DNA of 64,000 bases from Candidatus Krumholzibacteriota bacterium (GCA_963806035.1 CAWDWO010000013.1:1-64000); one strand, 5' to 3'. Numbered from the stretch's first letter, positions 50,034-60,994 are shown. Notes: generated by a model from the sequence alone, not told the origin. A program made the numbers and translations.

Positions 50034-50696
50034 TCAACTACTGAGGAGTCGTACTCCCACCAGGATGCAGAAGCCACGTTGTCGAATGGAATTGAGGCGG
50101 ATGTCGGGGCCAAGATCTCCCCCGCCGTAGGCATTCATCACGTTCTGGATGTAACGAAACTCCACCAGTCCACCGATGTGCCGGGTGAAGGCGTTGTCCA
50201 GTCCGATGCCCACCTGCGCCGAGATCACCGTCTTGTGAAAATCGTCGAAAACTAAAATGTGATCGCGGTTGAGGATGAAATCGGCGCTGAAACCCACCAG
50301 AAAATACAGATTGGAAGCCTGGTCGGCGGTCTGAAGCTTGGCCAGCACCGGCACGCTCAGGTAATTGAGACCTCCGCTCTGGGTGATCGTCTCCCCGGTG
50401 GGCTGGCCGCCATTGTCCACCACGATGATCTCCTGCTGGATGTCCTTGGGCATGTAGATCGCCTCGGTGAGCAGCCGAAAATTGGTGCGCCGTCCGAACT
50501 TCCATTCCAGGGAAAGCCCCCCCGTTCCGCTCCAGCGGCCGTCGGGAGAGAAGAGCTTCTGCCCGCCGAAGTCATAGTCCTGATTGCCCTTATAGACGCC
50601 GCCCTTCAATGCGACCGCCTTGAGCGGGGCGGCCAGGGCCGGCGTGGAAACCAGTAGAAAGGCCCAGAAAACACAAGCGATCTTGAGCATTCGCAT
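50034..50696 (-). CDS. Outer-membrane beta-barrel (porin/PorT-like) protein
   Basis: Signal peptide; LKGG, LNYLSVPVLAK, VEFRY. Confidence 0.72.
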   Translation of the reverse strand: MRMLKIACVFWAFLLVSTPALAAPLKAVALKGGVYKGNQDYDFGGQKLFSPDGRWSGTGGLSLEWKFGRRTNFRLLTEAIYMPKDIQQEIIVVDNGGQPTGETITQSGGLNYLSVPVLAKLQTADQASNLYFLVGFSADFILNRDHILVFDDFHKTVISAQVGIGLDNAFTRHIGGLVEFRYIQNVMNAYGGGDLGPDIRLNSIRQRGFCILVGVRLLSS

Positions 50697-50835
50697 GGGA
50701 GACCTCCCGGAAGCTGAGGCGCGATGACTTGACGCGGCGCGGCGGACTTTGGACATTCTACGGGAGGTGATCATCTCTCCCCACCAGATTCTTGACTCGG
50801 ATCGCCCATTCGCCATCCCCTGGGAGTTCTGTTTC

Positions 50836-52548
50836 ATGTTCAATCTACGGTTCGAAGGCCGCCCGAGACTAGGCCTGCTGACAAGTTTGGCGTTCACCGT
50901 CGCTTTGAGTGCGTGTTCTTCGAACAATGGAGGCGACGGCGGAATGATCCCGCCGGGTGAGGTCAATTTGGCCATGCACTTCTCGGTCTATCAACTCGCC
51001 GCAAGTTCCGGCAAGGGCGCGCCCACCGATCTCTTGCTCTGGAAAGGAACTTCCGAAGGCCCGGACGCGGATTCCCCCCAGCACACCGCGAACGCCAGAA
51101 TTCCCGGGGCAGAGCCCTTCCGCATCGATTGGGAACTCGTCGATCCTTCCACCGCCATTCGCGGTTATCAATTTCGTGCCACGCAGATCCCCGAAGAAGG
51201 CGATCGTCGCATGCCGCGCGATGCCAGTGACACTCCGTACTGGGGCGATCAACAGTCCTTCGTCTGTGAGAATTCCACGCCGATCGAAGACATCACCTCT
51301 CGCTGTCCCACCGGCGGGGATTGTCCGGAAGTTCTGCTCTTCGGCTCCGACGAGGTGCACTCGTTCTATGCCTTCGCCTCCACCGAAGACGGTCAGGAAA
51401 CTCCTCTCGACCAGGCACTCTTGCAGTTCGAAATCGTGAACGCGGTTCCCACTACCCAGCTCGTCGTCGACGGGACCTATCCCTACTACCACATGCCGGA
51501 TGGTGCGGGAGGGGAGCTGCGGGCCACGATGGCGGTCGGGGATACCATTCCCGCCGGAGCCGAGGTGGTGTTCAAGTTGAGCGGTGAGGATCCCGATCCG
51601 GTGGTGTTGAAAACGGAGTCGTTGCCACGTGTCCGCTACCAGGGCCGTTCCGAGATGGACTCGCGCAGCGGGCCGGTGCGTCAGCTCCAGACCAACTACA
51701 GTGAGCCCGCCGCGGCCGACACCGTCGCTTTTACGGTGGGACCCTTCAACTACCGCTTCTACGGGCGGGCGGTCGATCGCCTGCGCGCGGTCGATCCCAC
51801 CCCCGTCGAATTCTCTTTCGTCGCGGGATATGCCCCCAGCCTCACCGCCATCGCGCCCAACTCGAGTGATCAATTGCTGCTGCGCAAGCCCAGCGACGGA
51901 ACCTGGCCCGACAACACGGTCGACTATCAGGTCGTTTCCGACGTCACGCGCTTCTGGACCGGTACGCGCTTTTTGGAGAGCGCCGTGAGCGGCTCACAGC
52001 AGTGGCAGGGCGCGCTCTTCCTCATCCCCTTGCAATTGAATGGGGTTGGTGATCCGAGAGAGCCGGATACCGGAGGGTTTGGCGCCGCCAGATCCTTCTC
52101 CTACGAGTGGCACAGCGACAACGATCCGCAGAACTCGATTCTCAACGGTGGTCGCGACGACAATCTCTCGAGCTTCAACGATGCCACTTCTCCCGGCGAG
52201 CTCTTGCTGTCGGGACAGACGGGAATCGAACTCTTCGTGCCCTCGATCTTCTGGGACGATCCCTCTCTCTTCGAGCCGGGAACTTGCGACAGCTCGGGCG
52301 ATTTCGATTTTTGCGGAGTGGGCGATTATCTGCGCCGGCAGTTGGGAGAAATGACTCTGCTCGCGCGGGCGCGCAATACGCAGAGCTTCCAGAGCTTCGA
52401 ATACTTCTTCCGCCTCATCGACGATCCGAGTCAATCGATCATCACCGACATTGGAGAGGCCGGTCTCATGAGCGCGGCGGACTCGACGAAGTTTCCCATG
52501 CACCTGGGCCTGGATGATGGCTCGGGAGGAGTGGTGTCCTGGCCCTAG
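50836..52548 (+). CDS. Large hypothetical lipoprotein
   Basis: Lipobox LSAC; Ig-like RAVD...VDPTP. Confidence 0.75.
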   Translation: MFNLRFEGRPRLGLLTSLAFTVALSACSSNNGGDGGMIPPGEVNLAMHFSVYQLAASSGKGAPTDLLLWKGTSEGPDADSPQHTANARIPGAEPFRIDWELVDPSTAIRGYQFRATQIPEEGDRRMPRDASDTPYWGDQQSFVCENSTPIEDITSRCPTGGDCPEVLLFGSDEVHSFYAFASTEDGQETPLDQALLQFEIVNAVPTTQLVVDGTYPYYHMPDGAGGELRATMAVGDTIPAGAEVVFKLSGEDPDPVVLKTESLPRVRYQGRSEMDSRSGPVRQLQTNYSEPAAADTVAFTVGPFNYRFYGRAVDRLRAVDPTPVEFSFVAGYAPSLTAIAPNSSDQLLLRKPSDGTWPDNTVDYQVVSDVTRFWTGTRFLESAVSGSQQWQGALFLIPLQLNGVGDPREPDTGGFGAARSFSYEWHSDNDPQNSILNGGRDDNLSSFNDATSPGELLLSGQTGIELFVPSIFWDDPSLFEPGTCDSSGDFDFCGVGDYLRRQLGEMTLLARARNTQSFQSFEYFFRLIDDPSQSIITDIGEAGLMSAADSTKFPMHLGLDDGSGGVVSWP

Positions 52549-52551
52549 CGC

Positions 52552-54414
52552 TCAGGCGTCTTGCAGCTGCGCGAACTCCTCTTCCAGACGACCCACGAGT
52601 TCGTCCAGCTGATCCACCACGGCTTGCACTGGTTCGGCCTGACTCAGGTCCACTCCGGCGCGTTTCAACAGTTCCATGGGATCGTCGCTGCCGCCGGCGC
52701 GCAGTAGTCCGAGATACCGCGCCGTGGCTCTCTCCCGCTCAGCCGCGTCTTCGGACTTGATCGTGGCGAAGATCTGCGCCGAGGAGGCAAAGCAGGTCGC
52801 GTACTGGTACACGTAGAACGGACTGCGGTAGAGGTGCGGGATGCGGGCCCAGGTCGAGGCGTAGAGTTCGTCCAGAGTGACGCCGCTTCCGTACCATTCC
52901 GATTGAAGTTTCGAATAGAGCGCATTCAGGACTTCGGCCGTGACCGGTTCGCCGCGCTCGACGATGCGGTGGGCCTCGAGTTCGAAGGCGGCGAAGAGCA
53001 CCTGGCTGTAGAAGGTCCCCACGATCGAGTCGATGGCATGCTGCAGCAGGAGAATCCTTTCGCGGGAGTCTTCGGTGTGCTGCAGCATGTGATCCAGGAG
53101 AAGCCGCTCGTTGAGGGTGGATGCGACTTCCGCCACGAAGATCGTGTAATCGGAATAACAGAAAGGCTGGCTCTCGTTCGCCAGCACGGTGTGCATGGTA
53201 TGGCCCATCTCGTGCGCAATGGTGAAGACGTTGTCCAGGGTTTGGTTGAAATTCAAGAGCACGTAGGGGTGCACTCCGTAAACTCCGGCCGAATAGGCCC
53301 CGGTGCGCTTGCCTTCGTTCTCGAAAACGTCGATCCAACGCTTCGAGAATGCCTCCTGCATTTGCTCGTGATAGCTCTGACCCAGGGGCTCGACCGAATT
53401 CAGAACCTCGAGCACCGCTTCCTCGTACTCGTAGTGCTTGTCGATCTCGAGCAGAGGCAGGGTGCCGTCATAGAGATGGATTTCGTCCAGCTTTAGAATG
53501 CGCCGTCGCAGCTCGTAGTAACGATGCAGGGGCGCGGTCCCCTTCCTCGTGGTCTCGATGAGATTGGTCACCACCGTGGCGGGAATCGCGTCCGCATGCA
53601 GTACGGCGTCCAAGCAAGAGGGGTACTTGCGCGCCTGCGCGCGCGCCCAATCGCGCTGGCAAATTGCGTTGTAGATGGCGGCGTAGGTGTTGCTGTTGGC
53701 GGCGAAGGTCTCGTAAAGCCCGCGGAAGGCCTTGGCGCGATCTTCCTGATTGCGCTCCTTGGAGAGAATGGCGTAGTAGCGCCCGTAGGTCAGCTGGACT
53801 TCCTCGCCGGTCGACAGGGTGAGCCGTGGATAGCGGATGTCCGCCGTGGAGAGCATCGAATAGATCTCCGAGGGCGAGCCGTTGAACGATGAGCTGTAGC
53901 TGAGTAAAGTCTCGCTCGATTCGTCCAGGACGTGTTCCTGTTGGCGAAAGAGCTGACGCATCGCGTAGCGGTACAGGGCCAGCCCCTCGCTTTCCTTCAT
54001 CCATGCATCCACGGTGTCCTGGCCCAGGGCCAGAAGTTCGGGGTTGAACCAGGCCGTGGCGGTGGAGCTCCGCGCGAAGAGCAGGCTCACTTCCTGACGC
54101 ATCGCGTCGATCTCGTTGCGCCGCACGTCCTCGTCAGCCTTGAGCGAGGCGAAGTAGTACACGCGGTAGGCAAGCTGGTCGATCTCGTCGTTGAGCCGGA
54201 GGGCCTTCAGGAGGGCATCCGGCCCCTGTCCAAGGCTGCCCTTGAGGGCGATCATCTGGTCGATCTTGCCCTCGAGTTTCTTGAAGTCCGCCCGCCACTT
54301 GTCGAAGTCCGCGTAGATGTCCTCGAGGCGCCACTTGTAACGCGGCTCGATATCCTCTCGCTTGAGCGTGCCGCCCCCATTTTTGGGGTGCTGCGGAGTG
54401 ATCATCATCGTCAT
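52552..54414 (-). CDS. pepF: Oligoendopeptidase F (M3B)
   Basis: HEMGH, FVAEVAS, WARIPH, YVYQYAT. Confidence 0.95.
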   Translation of the reverse strand: MTMMITPQHPKNGGGTLKREDIEPRYKWRLEDIYADFDKWRADFKKLEGKIDQMIALKGSLGQGPDALLKALRLNDEIDQLAYRVYYFASLKADEDVRRNEIDAMRQEVSLLFARSSTATAWFNPELLALGQDTVDAWMKESEGLALYRYAMRQLFRQQEHVLDESSETLLSYSSSFNGSPSEIYSMLSTADIRYPRLTLSTGEEVQLTYGRYYAILSKERNQEDRAKAFRGLYETFAANSNTYAAIYNAICQRDWARAQARKYPSCLDAVLHADAIPATVVTNLIETTRKGTAPLHRYYELRRRILKLDEIHLYDGTLPLLEIDKHYEYEEAVLEVLNSVEPLGQSYHEQMQEAFSKRWIDVFENEGKRTGAYSAGVYGVHPYVLLNFNQTLDNVFTIAHEMGHTMHTVLANESQPFCYSDYTIFVAEVASTLNERLLLDHMLQHTEDSRERILLLQHAIDSIVGTFYSQVLFAAFELEAHRIVERGEPVTAEVLNALYSKLQSEWYGSGVTLDELYASTWARIPHLYRSPFYVYQYATCFASSAQIFATIKSEDAAERERATARYLGLLRAGGSDDPMELLKRAGVDLSQAEPVQAVVDQLDELVGRLEEEFAQLQDA

Positions 54415-54429
54415 GTATCCTTCCGGGGA

Positions 54430-55410
54430 TCAGTCGCCGATCACCTCGAGCTGGAGAACGCCGAAGTACTGGTGGCGGTCGGTCCAGTGGGCCACCAATC
54501 GGAATCCCGCGTCACGTGCCAACTCGGCAAACGAAGCCGGGTCGTACTTGTAGGAGTACTCGGTTCGTATGCTCTCTCCGCGACCAAAATGGATCCGTTC
54601 GCCCTGCACTGTCACAGTCTGTTCACGAGTGGAGACGAGGTGCATTTCGATGCGGCTCTGGGGGGGATTGTAAAAAGCGTAGTGTCGGAAGCAGTCGAGC
54701 TGAAAATCCGCTCCGAGTTCCCGATTGAGACGGGCCAGCAGATTCAAATTGAACGCGGCGGTGACGCCGCAAGCATCGTTGTACGCGCGGTGGAGCACGC
54801 GTGGATCCTTCTTGAGATCGATCCCCAGGACCAACGCTCCGCCCTCTCCCAGCACGCTCACCATGATCTCCAAAAGCGGGACGACCTGCTTCGGCGTGAA
54901 ATTCCCGATCGTCGAGCCGGGGAAGTAGATCACGTTGCGGCGCGGCTCGACGCTGGGGGTGGGCAAAGGGAAGGGCTTGGTGAAATCCACGCAGACCGGA
55001 AGAAGCTCGAGCCGGGGATATTCCTCGTGGAGACGGGTGCACGATTGGCGCAGGGCGTTGGAGCTGATGTCGACCGGCACGTAGGCGGCCGGCGCCTTGA
55101 GCTTGTCCAGCAAGCAGCGGGTCTTCAAGCTGCTGCCGCTGCCGAGTTCGACCACCATGCAACCGGGACCCAGGCGTTCGGCGATGGAACCGGAATGCTC
55201 CCTCATGACCTCCAGCTCGCTGCGGGTGGGGTAATATTCGGGAAGCTCGCAGATCTGCTCGAAGATCTGGCTCCCGCGCCGATCGTAGAAATATTTGCTC
55301 GGCAAGGACTTGGGATTGGAGCTGAGTCCGTTGAGCGCGTCTTCGAGCAAGTCGGACTGTTGTGGCTCAAAATCCAGGATTTCGAACGCTTCTTGAGAAC
55401 TCGGTTCCAT
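54430..55410 (-). CDS. egtD: Histidine N-alpha-methyltransferase EgtD
   Basis: LPSKYFYD..GS..F..I..LPEYYPTR, PGSTIGN, TEYSYKY. Confidence 0.92.
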   Translation of the reverse strand: MEPSSQEAFEILDFEPQQSDLLEDALNGLSSNPKSLPSKYFYDRRGSQIFEQICELPEYYPTRSELEVMREHSGSIAERLGPGCMVVELGSGSSLKTRCLLDKLKAPAAYVPVDISSNALRQSCTRLHEEYPRLELLPVCVDFTKPFPLPTPSVEPRRNVIYFPGSTIGNFTPKQVVPLLEIMVSVLGEGGALVLGIDLKKDPRVLHRAYNDACGVTAAFNLNLLARLNRELGADFQLDCFRHYAFYNPPQSRIEMHLVSTREQTVTVQGERIHFGRGESIRTEYSYKYDPASFAELARDAGFRLVAHWTDRHQYFGVLQLEVIGD

Positions 55411-55602
55411 GCTTTCCCGTATTCGTGAGATTGGACTTGATGCGCGGGCCAGAGCGAGGAGCGCCTCGAGAGCGCTGATGACGGGCCGTCCTTCGCCGTG
55501 GATATGGTACCAGAGCCCGCCTTTGCGGCAAAGCCCGGTTCTGGGCCTGGATCCCCCTGTAACTCCCGTGTGGGCTGGCGCGTCTAGCAGAAAGAATGGC
55601 AG

Positions 55603-56178
55603 ATGAAGATGGATCGACCTGCATTCAACCGCCTCCTGCTCGAGCAGAAGGACGCCGTCTACGGACTGGCGGTGCATCTGCTCGATTCGAGGGAAGAGGC
55701 GCAGGACGTGGTGCAGGACGTCTTCCTGAAGCTCTGGCGGAAAGGCGGCGCGGTCGAGGTTCAGTCGCGGCCGGCCTGGCTGCTCCGGGTTTGCCGAAAC
55801 GCCTGCCTGGACCGGCTGCGGCGGCGAAAGGTTCGCCGCCACCATCGGGCCGACCCCAGCCAGATCAAACTGGGCGTCGGCTCACCCCGCGAGCTCGATG
55901 GGGACTCTGGGCGAGAGCTTTCCTTCGACCTCAGTGACGAGGGAGCCGGCGCCCAACAGGTCGAGGATCGAAGCGAGGTACGGAGGATCGTGGCTGCCAT
56001 GCAAAGACTGAGCGAGCCTCAGCGTTCGATCATCATGATGAGGGAGCTGCAGGGTTTCAGCTACGAGGAGATTGCCTCGACGACGGAACTCTCGCTCTCC
56101 GCAGTGAAGGTGAGTCTGCACCGCGCGCGCAAGAAAGTGCGCCGGATGTTCGAGGAGGCAAAGGAGGTGCGAGCGTGA
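55603..56178 (+). CDS. ECF sigma-70 factor
   Basis: AQDVVQDVFLKLW; SYEEIA...VKVSLHRARK. Confidence 0.92.
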   Translation: MKMDRPAFNRLLLEQKDAVYGLAVHLLDSREEAQDVVQDVFLKLWRKGGAVEVQSRPAWLLRVCRNACLDRLRRRKVRRHHRADPSQIKLGVGSPRELDGDSGRELSFDLSDEGAGAQQVEDRSEVRRIVAAMQRLSEPQRSIIMMRELQGFSYEEIASTTELSLSAVKVSLHRARKKVRRMFEEAKEVRA

Positions 56179-56729
56179 ACGACGACGAAAAATTCTTCGA
56201 AGAGAAGATGCGCGACTACCAGGCCCCCCGTTGCCCCGAGGAACTCGTCGATCGCATCATGGCGCGAGTCGATGCCGAACCGCAGGCCGAGCCGCAGCCG
56301 AAATGGTGGACACTGTTCCGCTTGAGGCACGCCCTGGTTCCCGCGGCAGCGCTCGCGGTATTGCTCTTCGTGCTGCTCCGGCTTTCGCCCCAGCCGCCCT
56401 CGACTCCTTTGCCCGAGATAGAAAATCCCCAAGTGGCGATCGCCCCGCCCGAAACCACTTCGACTCCGTGCGAGCTCGATCTGCAGGAAATTCTCCGCCG
56501 CCTGGGAGCCAAGGATCGCGCGCAACTGGCGTACGACGATACGACTCTCTGCGAGGCGGCCGAGGATGTGCGCATGGCCCTGAACCTCATGGGCAAGGCC
56601 ATGCATTCGACGGAACGCGTGTTGCGGAATGAAACCCGCAGACGCGTTGCCGATACCGTGAGAATGGGGCTCGAAGCGTCGAGTGTATCGCCCGCACCCG
56701 CTGCTGCGAATCCCGGCAACGGCGGCTGA
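56175..56729 (+). CDS. Putative membrane anti-sigma factor
   Basis: Overlaps the sigma stop; single TM helix. Confidence 0.7.
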   Translation: MNDDEKFFEEKMRDYQAPRCPEELVDRIMARVDAEPQAEPQPKWWTLFRLRHALVPAAALAVLLFVLLRLSPQPPSTPLPEIENPQVAIAPPETTSTPCELDLQEILRRLGAKDRAQLAYDDTTLCEAAEDVRMALNLMGKAMHSTERVLRNETRRRVADTVRMGLEASSVSPAPAAANPGNGG

Positions 56730-56761
56730 GATCAGCCGCCACAACCATCGGAGACCATGTC

Positions 56762-57397
56762 ATGCGTAAATCTCTTCTCGCTCTGGCGATCGTGGTGTTT
56801 CTCACCCCCGTGGCGCTCGCCCGTGCGGACCAGAACGACCTTTCGGGCGAACCCGGATACATCAACCTCAACAGCCTCAAGACTTTCGACCGCGGCAAGA
56901 GCGTGGTGGAAATCTCACTGACCCAACCCTTGCTGAGTCTGGCCCGCTGGGCCGTCGCGGATGACGATCCCGAGATGGCCGAGATGTTGGGCAGCCTGAA
57001 GCTTTTGCAGGTCAACGTCTTCTCCTACCCCCTGAGCGAGGGAAAGAGCCTGTCCGCGAGCTTGGAGGACGTCGCGGGAAAGCTCGCCACACAGGGTTGG
57101 AATTCCGTGGTGAAGGTGAAACAGAAGAACGAAAGCTGGCACATCATGGTGAAGATGGACGAAAAGGGCGGAACCAAGGGTGCGCCTCTGCTCAACGGCG
57201 TGGCGATCCTGGGTATGGGCGACGAGAACAGCGACATTCACTATGAGGAAGGCGACGGGTTGGAAGCGGTGTTCGTGAACGTGGTAGGCAATCTCGACTT
57301 CGCCCAGCTCAGCAAGCTCGGCAAGCACTTTGATCTGCCGATGCTGGAGAAGCTGGACGCCAAGGACGCGGGCAAGGCCCAGGGCAGCGCTCAGTAG
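56762..57397 (+). CDS. DUF4252 family secreted protein
   Basis: PGY, VEISL...LL, W..VVKVK, VFVNVVG.LD. Confidence 0.8.
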   Translation: MRKSLLALAIVVFLTPVALARADQNDLSGEPGYINLNSLKTFDRGKSVVEISLTQPLLSLARWAVADDDPEMAEMLGSLKLLQVNVFSYPLSEGKSLSASLEDVAGKLATQGWNSVVKVKQKNESWHIMVKMDEKGGTKGAPLLNGVAILGMGDENSDIHYEEGDGLEAVFVNVVGNLDFAQLSKLGKHFDLPMLEKLDAKDAGKAQGSAQ

Positions 57398-57754
57398 GGC
57401 CGAATTCGACCCAAAAAGGCCCCGATTTTTTGCCGCTGGGGCGGACTTCGGGCCTGGAAAAAGAACTTTGAAAGTACTAAACTAAGGAGGCCGGAATTCT
57501 GATACAGGATGCCGGCCTTCTCATGTCAGCTAGGGCAACTTCGGGCCTTCAGCCCCGAGGGGATGTGAGTTCGCGACATCGAGACAGGAGCAGGCTGGCA
57601 CACGGGCGCCGCCAGTGCTCGCCTGGGTGAACTCGCTGGGCGTGGTGAGTACCTGGGTTGGACTCGATGAGGTTCCGCTGGTCGAATTGGGGACTGGGAC
57701 CTCCCCGTCGACCGCGAAGGCGGATCCCAAGGCGACTCACGTCCCCTCATCCTT

Positions 57755-58354
57755 TTACTGGCGGATCAGATCTTCCTTGGACAACAGACGCGCGTGGAGA
57801 TCGCTGAGGCTCGCGCTGCCCGAGAGGTTCATCAGCGTAGGTCCGGCGGGAGTCCGCGCGTAGATATCCACGCGGAGCCAGACCTCGTTCCCACTGAAGA
57901 GCTCCAGGGTGTCCTGGTCGAGCTGGGTGCTTCCGCTCACCGGGGTCACGGTCGCGTCCTGCACGGAGACCGGAATGCTCATGATCGGCGTCGTGCTGGC
58001 GGCGGCGTCAGCGGCGGTCGCTCCCAGGAAGAGATCGAAACGCAGCTCGGCTTCACCGCTCTGGTTGTCGAACTCTCCCTTCAGGTGGAGGGTTCCTTCC
58101 TCCATGAGAGACGCAGTGCCCAGACCCTCCAGAAGATCGATCTTCGTGGGCGGGATGAGGCCTACCACGGGCACCCAGGTGCCGGTTCCCGGGACCTCGG
58201 CCGCGTAGTTCGTACTCAAATCCTCTTCGTTGATGAAACTCAGGAAGTCGAGATTCAGAACGATGGTCCCGCCGGCGCACGCCACGAGCAGAAGAAGCGT
58301 CACGGCGAGGAGCGAGCGCGAAGTCTTCAGACTTTGGAAAATCGATTTCTTCAT
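57755..58354 (-). CDS. Hypothetical lipoprotein
   Basis: LVAC lipobox; directly follows the OM protein gene. Confidence 0.7.
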   Translation of the reverse strand: MKKSIFQSLKTSRSLLAVTLLLLVACAGGTIVLNLDFLSFINEEDLSTNYAAEVPGTGTWVPVVGLIPPTKIDLLEGLGTASLMEEGTLHLKGEFDNQSGEAELRFDLFLGATAADAAASTTPIMSIPVSVQDATVTPVSGSTQLDQDTLELFSGNEVWLRVDIYARTPAGPTLMNLSGSASLSDLHARLLSKEDLIRQ

Positions 58355-58365
58355 GACGCGCGTCC

Positions 58366-59739
58366 CTAGTAAAGCGTGACCGCGAGGCCCATCGAAACCC
58401 CCCGGTTCTGAGTCAAACCGAGGTTGTGAGTTTGGAATCCCGCATCGATTCCCCAGGGGCCCAGACGGAAGCCCGCGCCCCAGCTACCCTGCATGCAGCT
58501 GCGCTGATCGCGGAGAAGCCCGCCGCGCACGGCCAGCCAGCGGTTCAGCCAGAACTCGCCCCCGCCGTGAACGCTCAGTCCACCGGGTTGCTCCACCACG
58601 CTCGCCGCCAGCAAGTAGCGATCGCCCAACCAGCTCACATTGGTCATCCAGCTCACCGGAATCTCCGTACAGCTCACGAAATGTTTGGCGACGTTCTCGG
58701 TGATGACCTCGTTCAAATCCGGATCGAGATACGAGTGGTCCAGCTGCGTGTTCTTCCAGGTGAGGTCGGCGAAGATGTCGGCCACTCCCGCTCCGATTTC
58801 CAGTCTTCCCGAGCGCCACACCGCGCCCAGATCGATGGCATTTCCGTATCCCACGCTGCTGACGCTGTTGGGCCAGGCGCGCTGGTAGTCGGCCTGGAAG
58901 CTGGCGTCGAAGGTGTCACTGCCCGCGGTGGAGAAAATCGGATCGCCGCTGTGCAATCCCAGATCTCCGTCGAGACGCACGTAGCCGCCGCCGAAGTAGT
59001 GTCGGTATCCCGCGCCGAACCAGAGACCGCCGCCCTCACCGTCGGTACCGCCGTTTCCCTCCTCGCTCAAGGGCACCGCCCAGGCAAGGCCGCTCGAGAA
59101 TCCGGCCTGCATGAGTGCGCTGGCGCTCGCGCTGTAGTCGGTGGATGGAGTGACCGGCTCCGCGTCGGCCAGCACCTTTACCAACTCCTCATCCAGATTG
59201 AAGTCGACCTGGGTCTGGATGAAAGGCCGCATGAGACTCAGATGGAGAAGTCCCGCGCCATCTCCCAGTCCGAAGTTCAGTCCGAGATCGACGGGGCTGC
59301 CCATGCTCCCCATGGAGAAGCCGTCGCGCGGTATGACCTCACGCGCATCCTTCAGATCGAACACGAGCTGGTCCTGTCCCAGCCAGATCTCGAGTCCCTG
59401 GTCGGGGTCGTGGGGCCGCCTGAACTCCCAGGCCCAGGGGACGTTCGTGATGAAATTGACGATGCCGATGGCGCTGAAGTCCTCGCTGTCGGGATCGAGC
59501 TCGGGGAAGTACTTGATGAATTGGATCACCCCGAGGGGCACCGGGATCGAGGTGGTCTTCTTGGAAACCCGTGGCGGAACCGCGCGGTAAGCCGGATTGA
59601 TGCGGGCGAGACTGCCCGAGCCCTGATCGAGGCTCACGCCACCCATGGCCATGCCGCGCGCGTCGTAGCCTTGCGCGAGAGCGCGGCCCGGCGCGAGCAG
59701 GAACAGCAGAGCTAGGGCGATCAGCAGGCTTTGGCGCAT
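58366..59739 (-). CDS. Outer-membrane beta-barrel protein (FadL/PorV/TraF-like)
   Basis: ARGMAMGG, G.AIDLGA, GGEFW...AVRGG; C-terminal Y. Confidence 0.7.
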   Translation of the reverse strand: MRQSLLIALALLFLLAPGRALAQGYDARGMAMGGVSLDQGSGSLARINPAYRAVPPRVSKKTTSIPVPLGVIQFIKYFPELDPDSEDFSAIGIVNFITNVPWAWEFRRPHDPDQGLEIWLGQDQLVFDLKDAREVIPRDGFSMGSMGSPVDLGLNFGLGDGAGLLHLSLMRPFIQTQVDFNLDEELVKVLADAEPVTPSTDYSASASALMQAGFSSGLAWAVPLSEEGNGGTDGEGGGLWFGAGYRHYFGGGYVRLDGDLGLHSGDPIFSTAGSDTFDASFQADYQRAWPNSVSSVGYGNAIDLGAVWRSGRLEIGAGVADIFADLTWKNTQLDHSYLDPDLNEVITENVAKHFVSCTEIPVSWMTNVSWLGDRYLLAASVVEQPGGLSVHGGGEFWLNRWLAVRGGLLRDQRSCMQGSWGAGFRLGPWGIDAGFQTHNLGLTQNRGVSMGLAVTLY

Positions 59740-59983
59740 GATGAGCCACTTTCCGGGTTGAGCGATCCGAGCGGTATGAAGCAAGTAGCTCGCCGCTTTC
59801 TCGCCCGCGTAAGAAGAGGCGCGCTCGGGCGGCCAATCGAGCCGCCGCGCGCGCCTAGTCCGCAATCGGAGTTTCCTTCCTTCAATGGAGAGAGACGGTC
59901 ATCTGGAGTATGATTTTTCACCGCTGGATTCCGGGGGCCGCGACGGCTTTCGCCGCGCGGCCGGTGAAGAGGAGCGAAAGATC

Positions 59984-60994
59984 ATGGATGAAGTGAAGAT
60001 GGTTCGCCGGCCGCGGCGCGGGTTCGATGTGCGGCTGCTTCTGGCCCTTTTGGCCCTGTGCCTCATCGCGTGCAAGGCGGAACCGGGGCCGAAGCAGCAT
60101 CGTCCCGGCTCGAGCGCATCGGTGGACGAGGGCTTTTCGCTTCTCTCCCACGCGATGGTCGACAGTGTGGAGCAGGCCTACCTGGGCTATGCCAGCGGCG
60201 ATCTGCGGGTGACCGGCTATCTGTTCATCGCCCCCTACAGTCAACTCGAAGTCGAGCCCTGCCTGATCTTCAACCACGGAGGAGTCAACGGAGTCTCCGA
60301 GGCGGTGAAGGCCAAGTGCCGCTGGCTCGCCAAGCGGGGATTCCTGGTGTTCGCGCCCAGTTACCGCGGGGAGGACGACAGCCAAGGCCGCGTGGAGGTT
60401 GCCGACGGCGAGGTGGACGATGTCCTGGCCGCCATGGCCCTCCTGGAAAAGCACCCCGGGGTGGATCCGAGTCGCTTCGTCATGCTGGGGACCAGCCACG
60501 GCGCGTTGATCTCGGTGAAGGTGGCCACCCGCCCGCTCGGCAAGCGGCTTCTCCGTGGCGTGGTCGCGGCCTACGGCGTGATGGACATCTACGCGTGGTA
60601 TCAGTACCTGCTCGACAACGACTTCGACACCACCGATTCCCTCAGCGTCCGCGTCTACGGGACCGGCCCCGAGGACAAGCCCGAGGCCTTTGCCAAACGA
60701 CAGGCGCTGAGCCTCATCGACGAGCTCGGTCCCGCTCCCATCATGCTGGTCCAGGGGGAGAAGGACCGCATCGTGCCGGTGGAGCAGGCCGAGACCATGG
60801 CCGCGGCCCTGAAAAAGGCGGGCAGGACACAGGATCTGTTGCGCGTGTATCCTGAAGGGGCCCACGGATTCCTCTTCTGGGATGATCCCGCGCTTCATAC
60901 CAAGGAGGAACTGGCGGCATCGGAGAAGGCGTGGCGCGACATCCTCCAATTCTTCAAAGCCACCGTCGGCACCAAAGCAACGGGTCGAGACTGA
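59984..60994 (+). CDS. Alpha/beta hydrolase (S9-like) lipoprotein
   Basis: NHGG, GTSHG, GEKDRIVP, GAHGF. Confidence 0.85.
   Translation: MDEVKMVRRPRRGFDVRLLLALLALCLIACKAEPGPKQHRPGSSASVDEGFSLLSHAMVDSVEQAYLGYASGDLRVTGYLFIAPYSQLEVEPCLIFNHGGVNGVSEAVKAKCRWLAKRGFLVFAPSYRGEDDSQGRVEVADGEVDDVLAAMALLEKHPGVDPSRFVMLGTSHGALISVKVATRPLGKRLLRGVVAAYGVMDIYAWYQYLLDNDFDTTDSLSVRVYGTGPEDKPEAFAKRQALSLIDELGPAPIMLVQGEKDRIVPVEQAETMAAALKKAGRTQDLLRVYPEGAHGFLFWDDPALHTKEELAASEKAWRDILQFFKATVGTKATGRD

Noticed and set aside
57526..57750. Small ORFs in three minus-strand frames
   Set aside because: No recognisable motif, and I cannot choose a frame.
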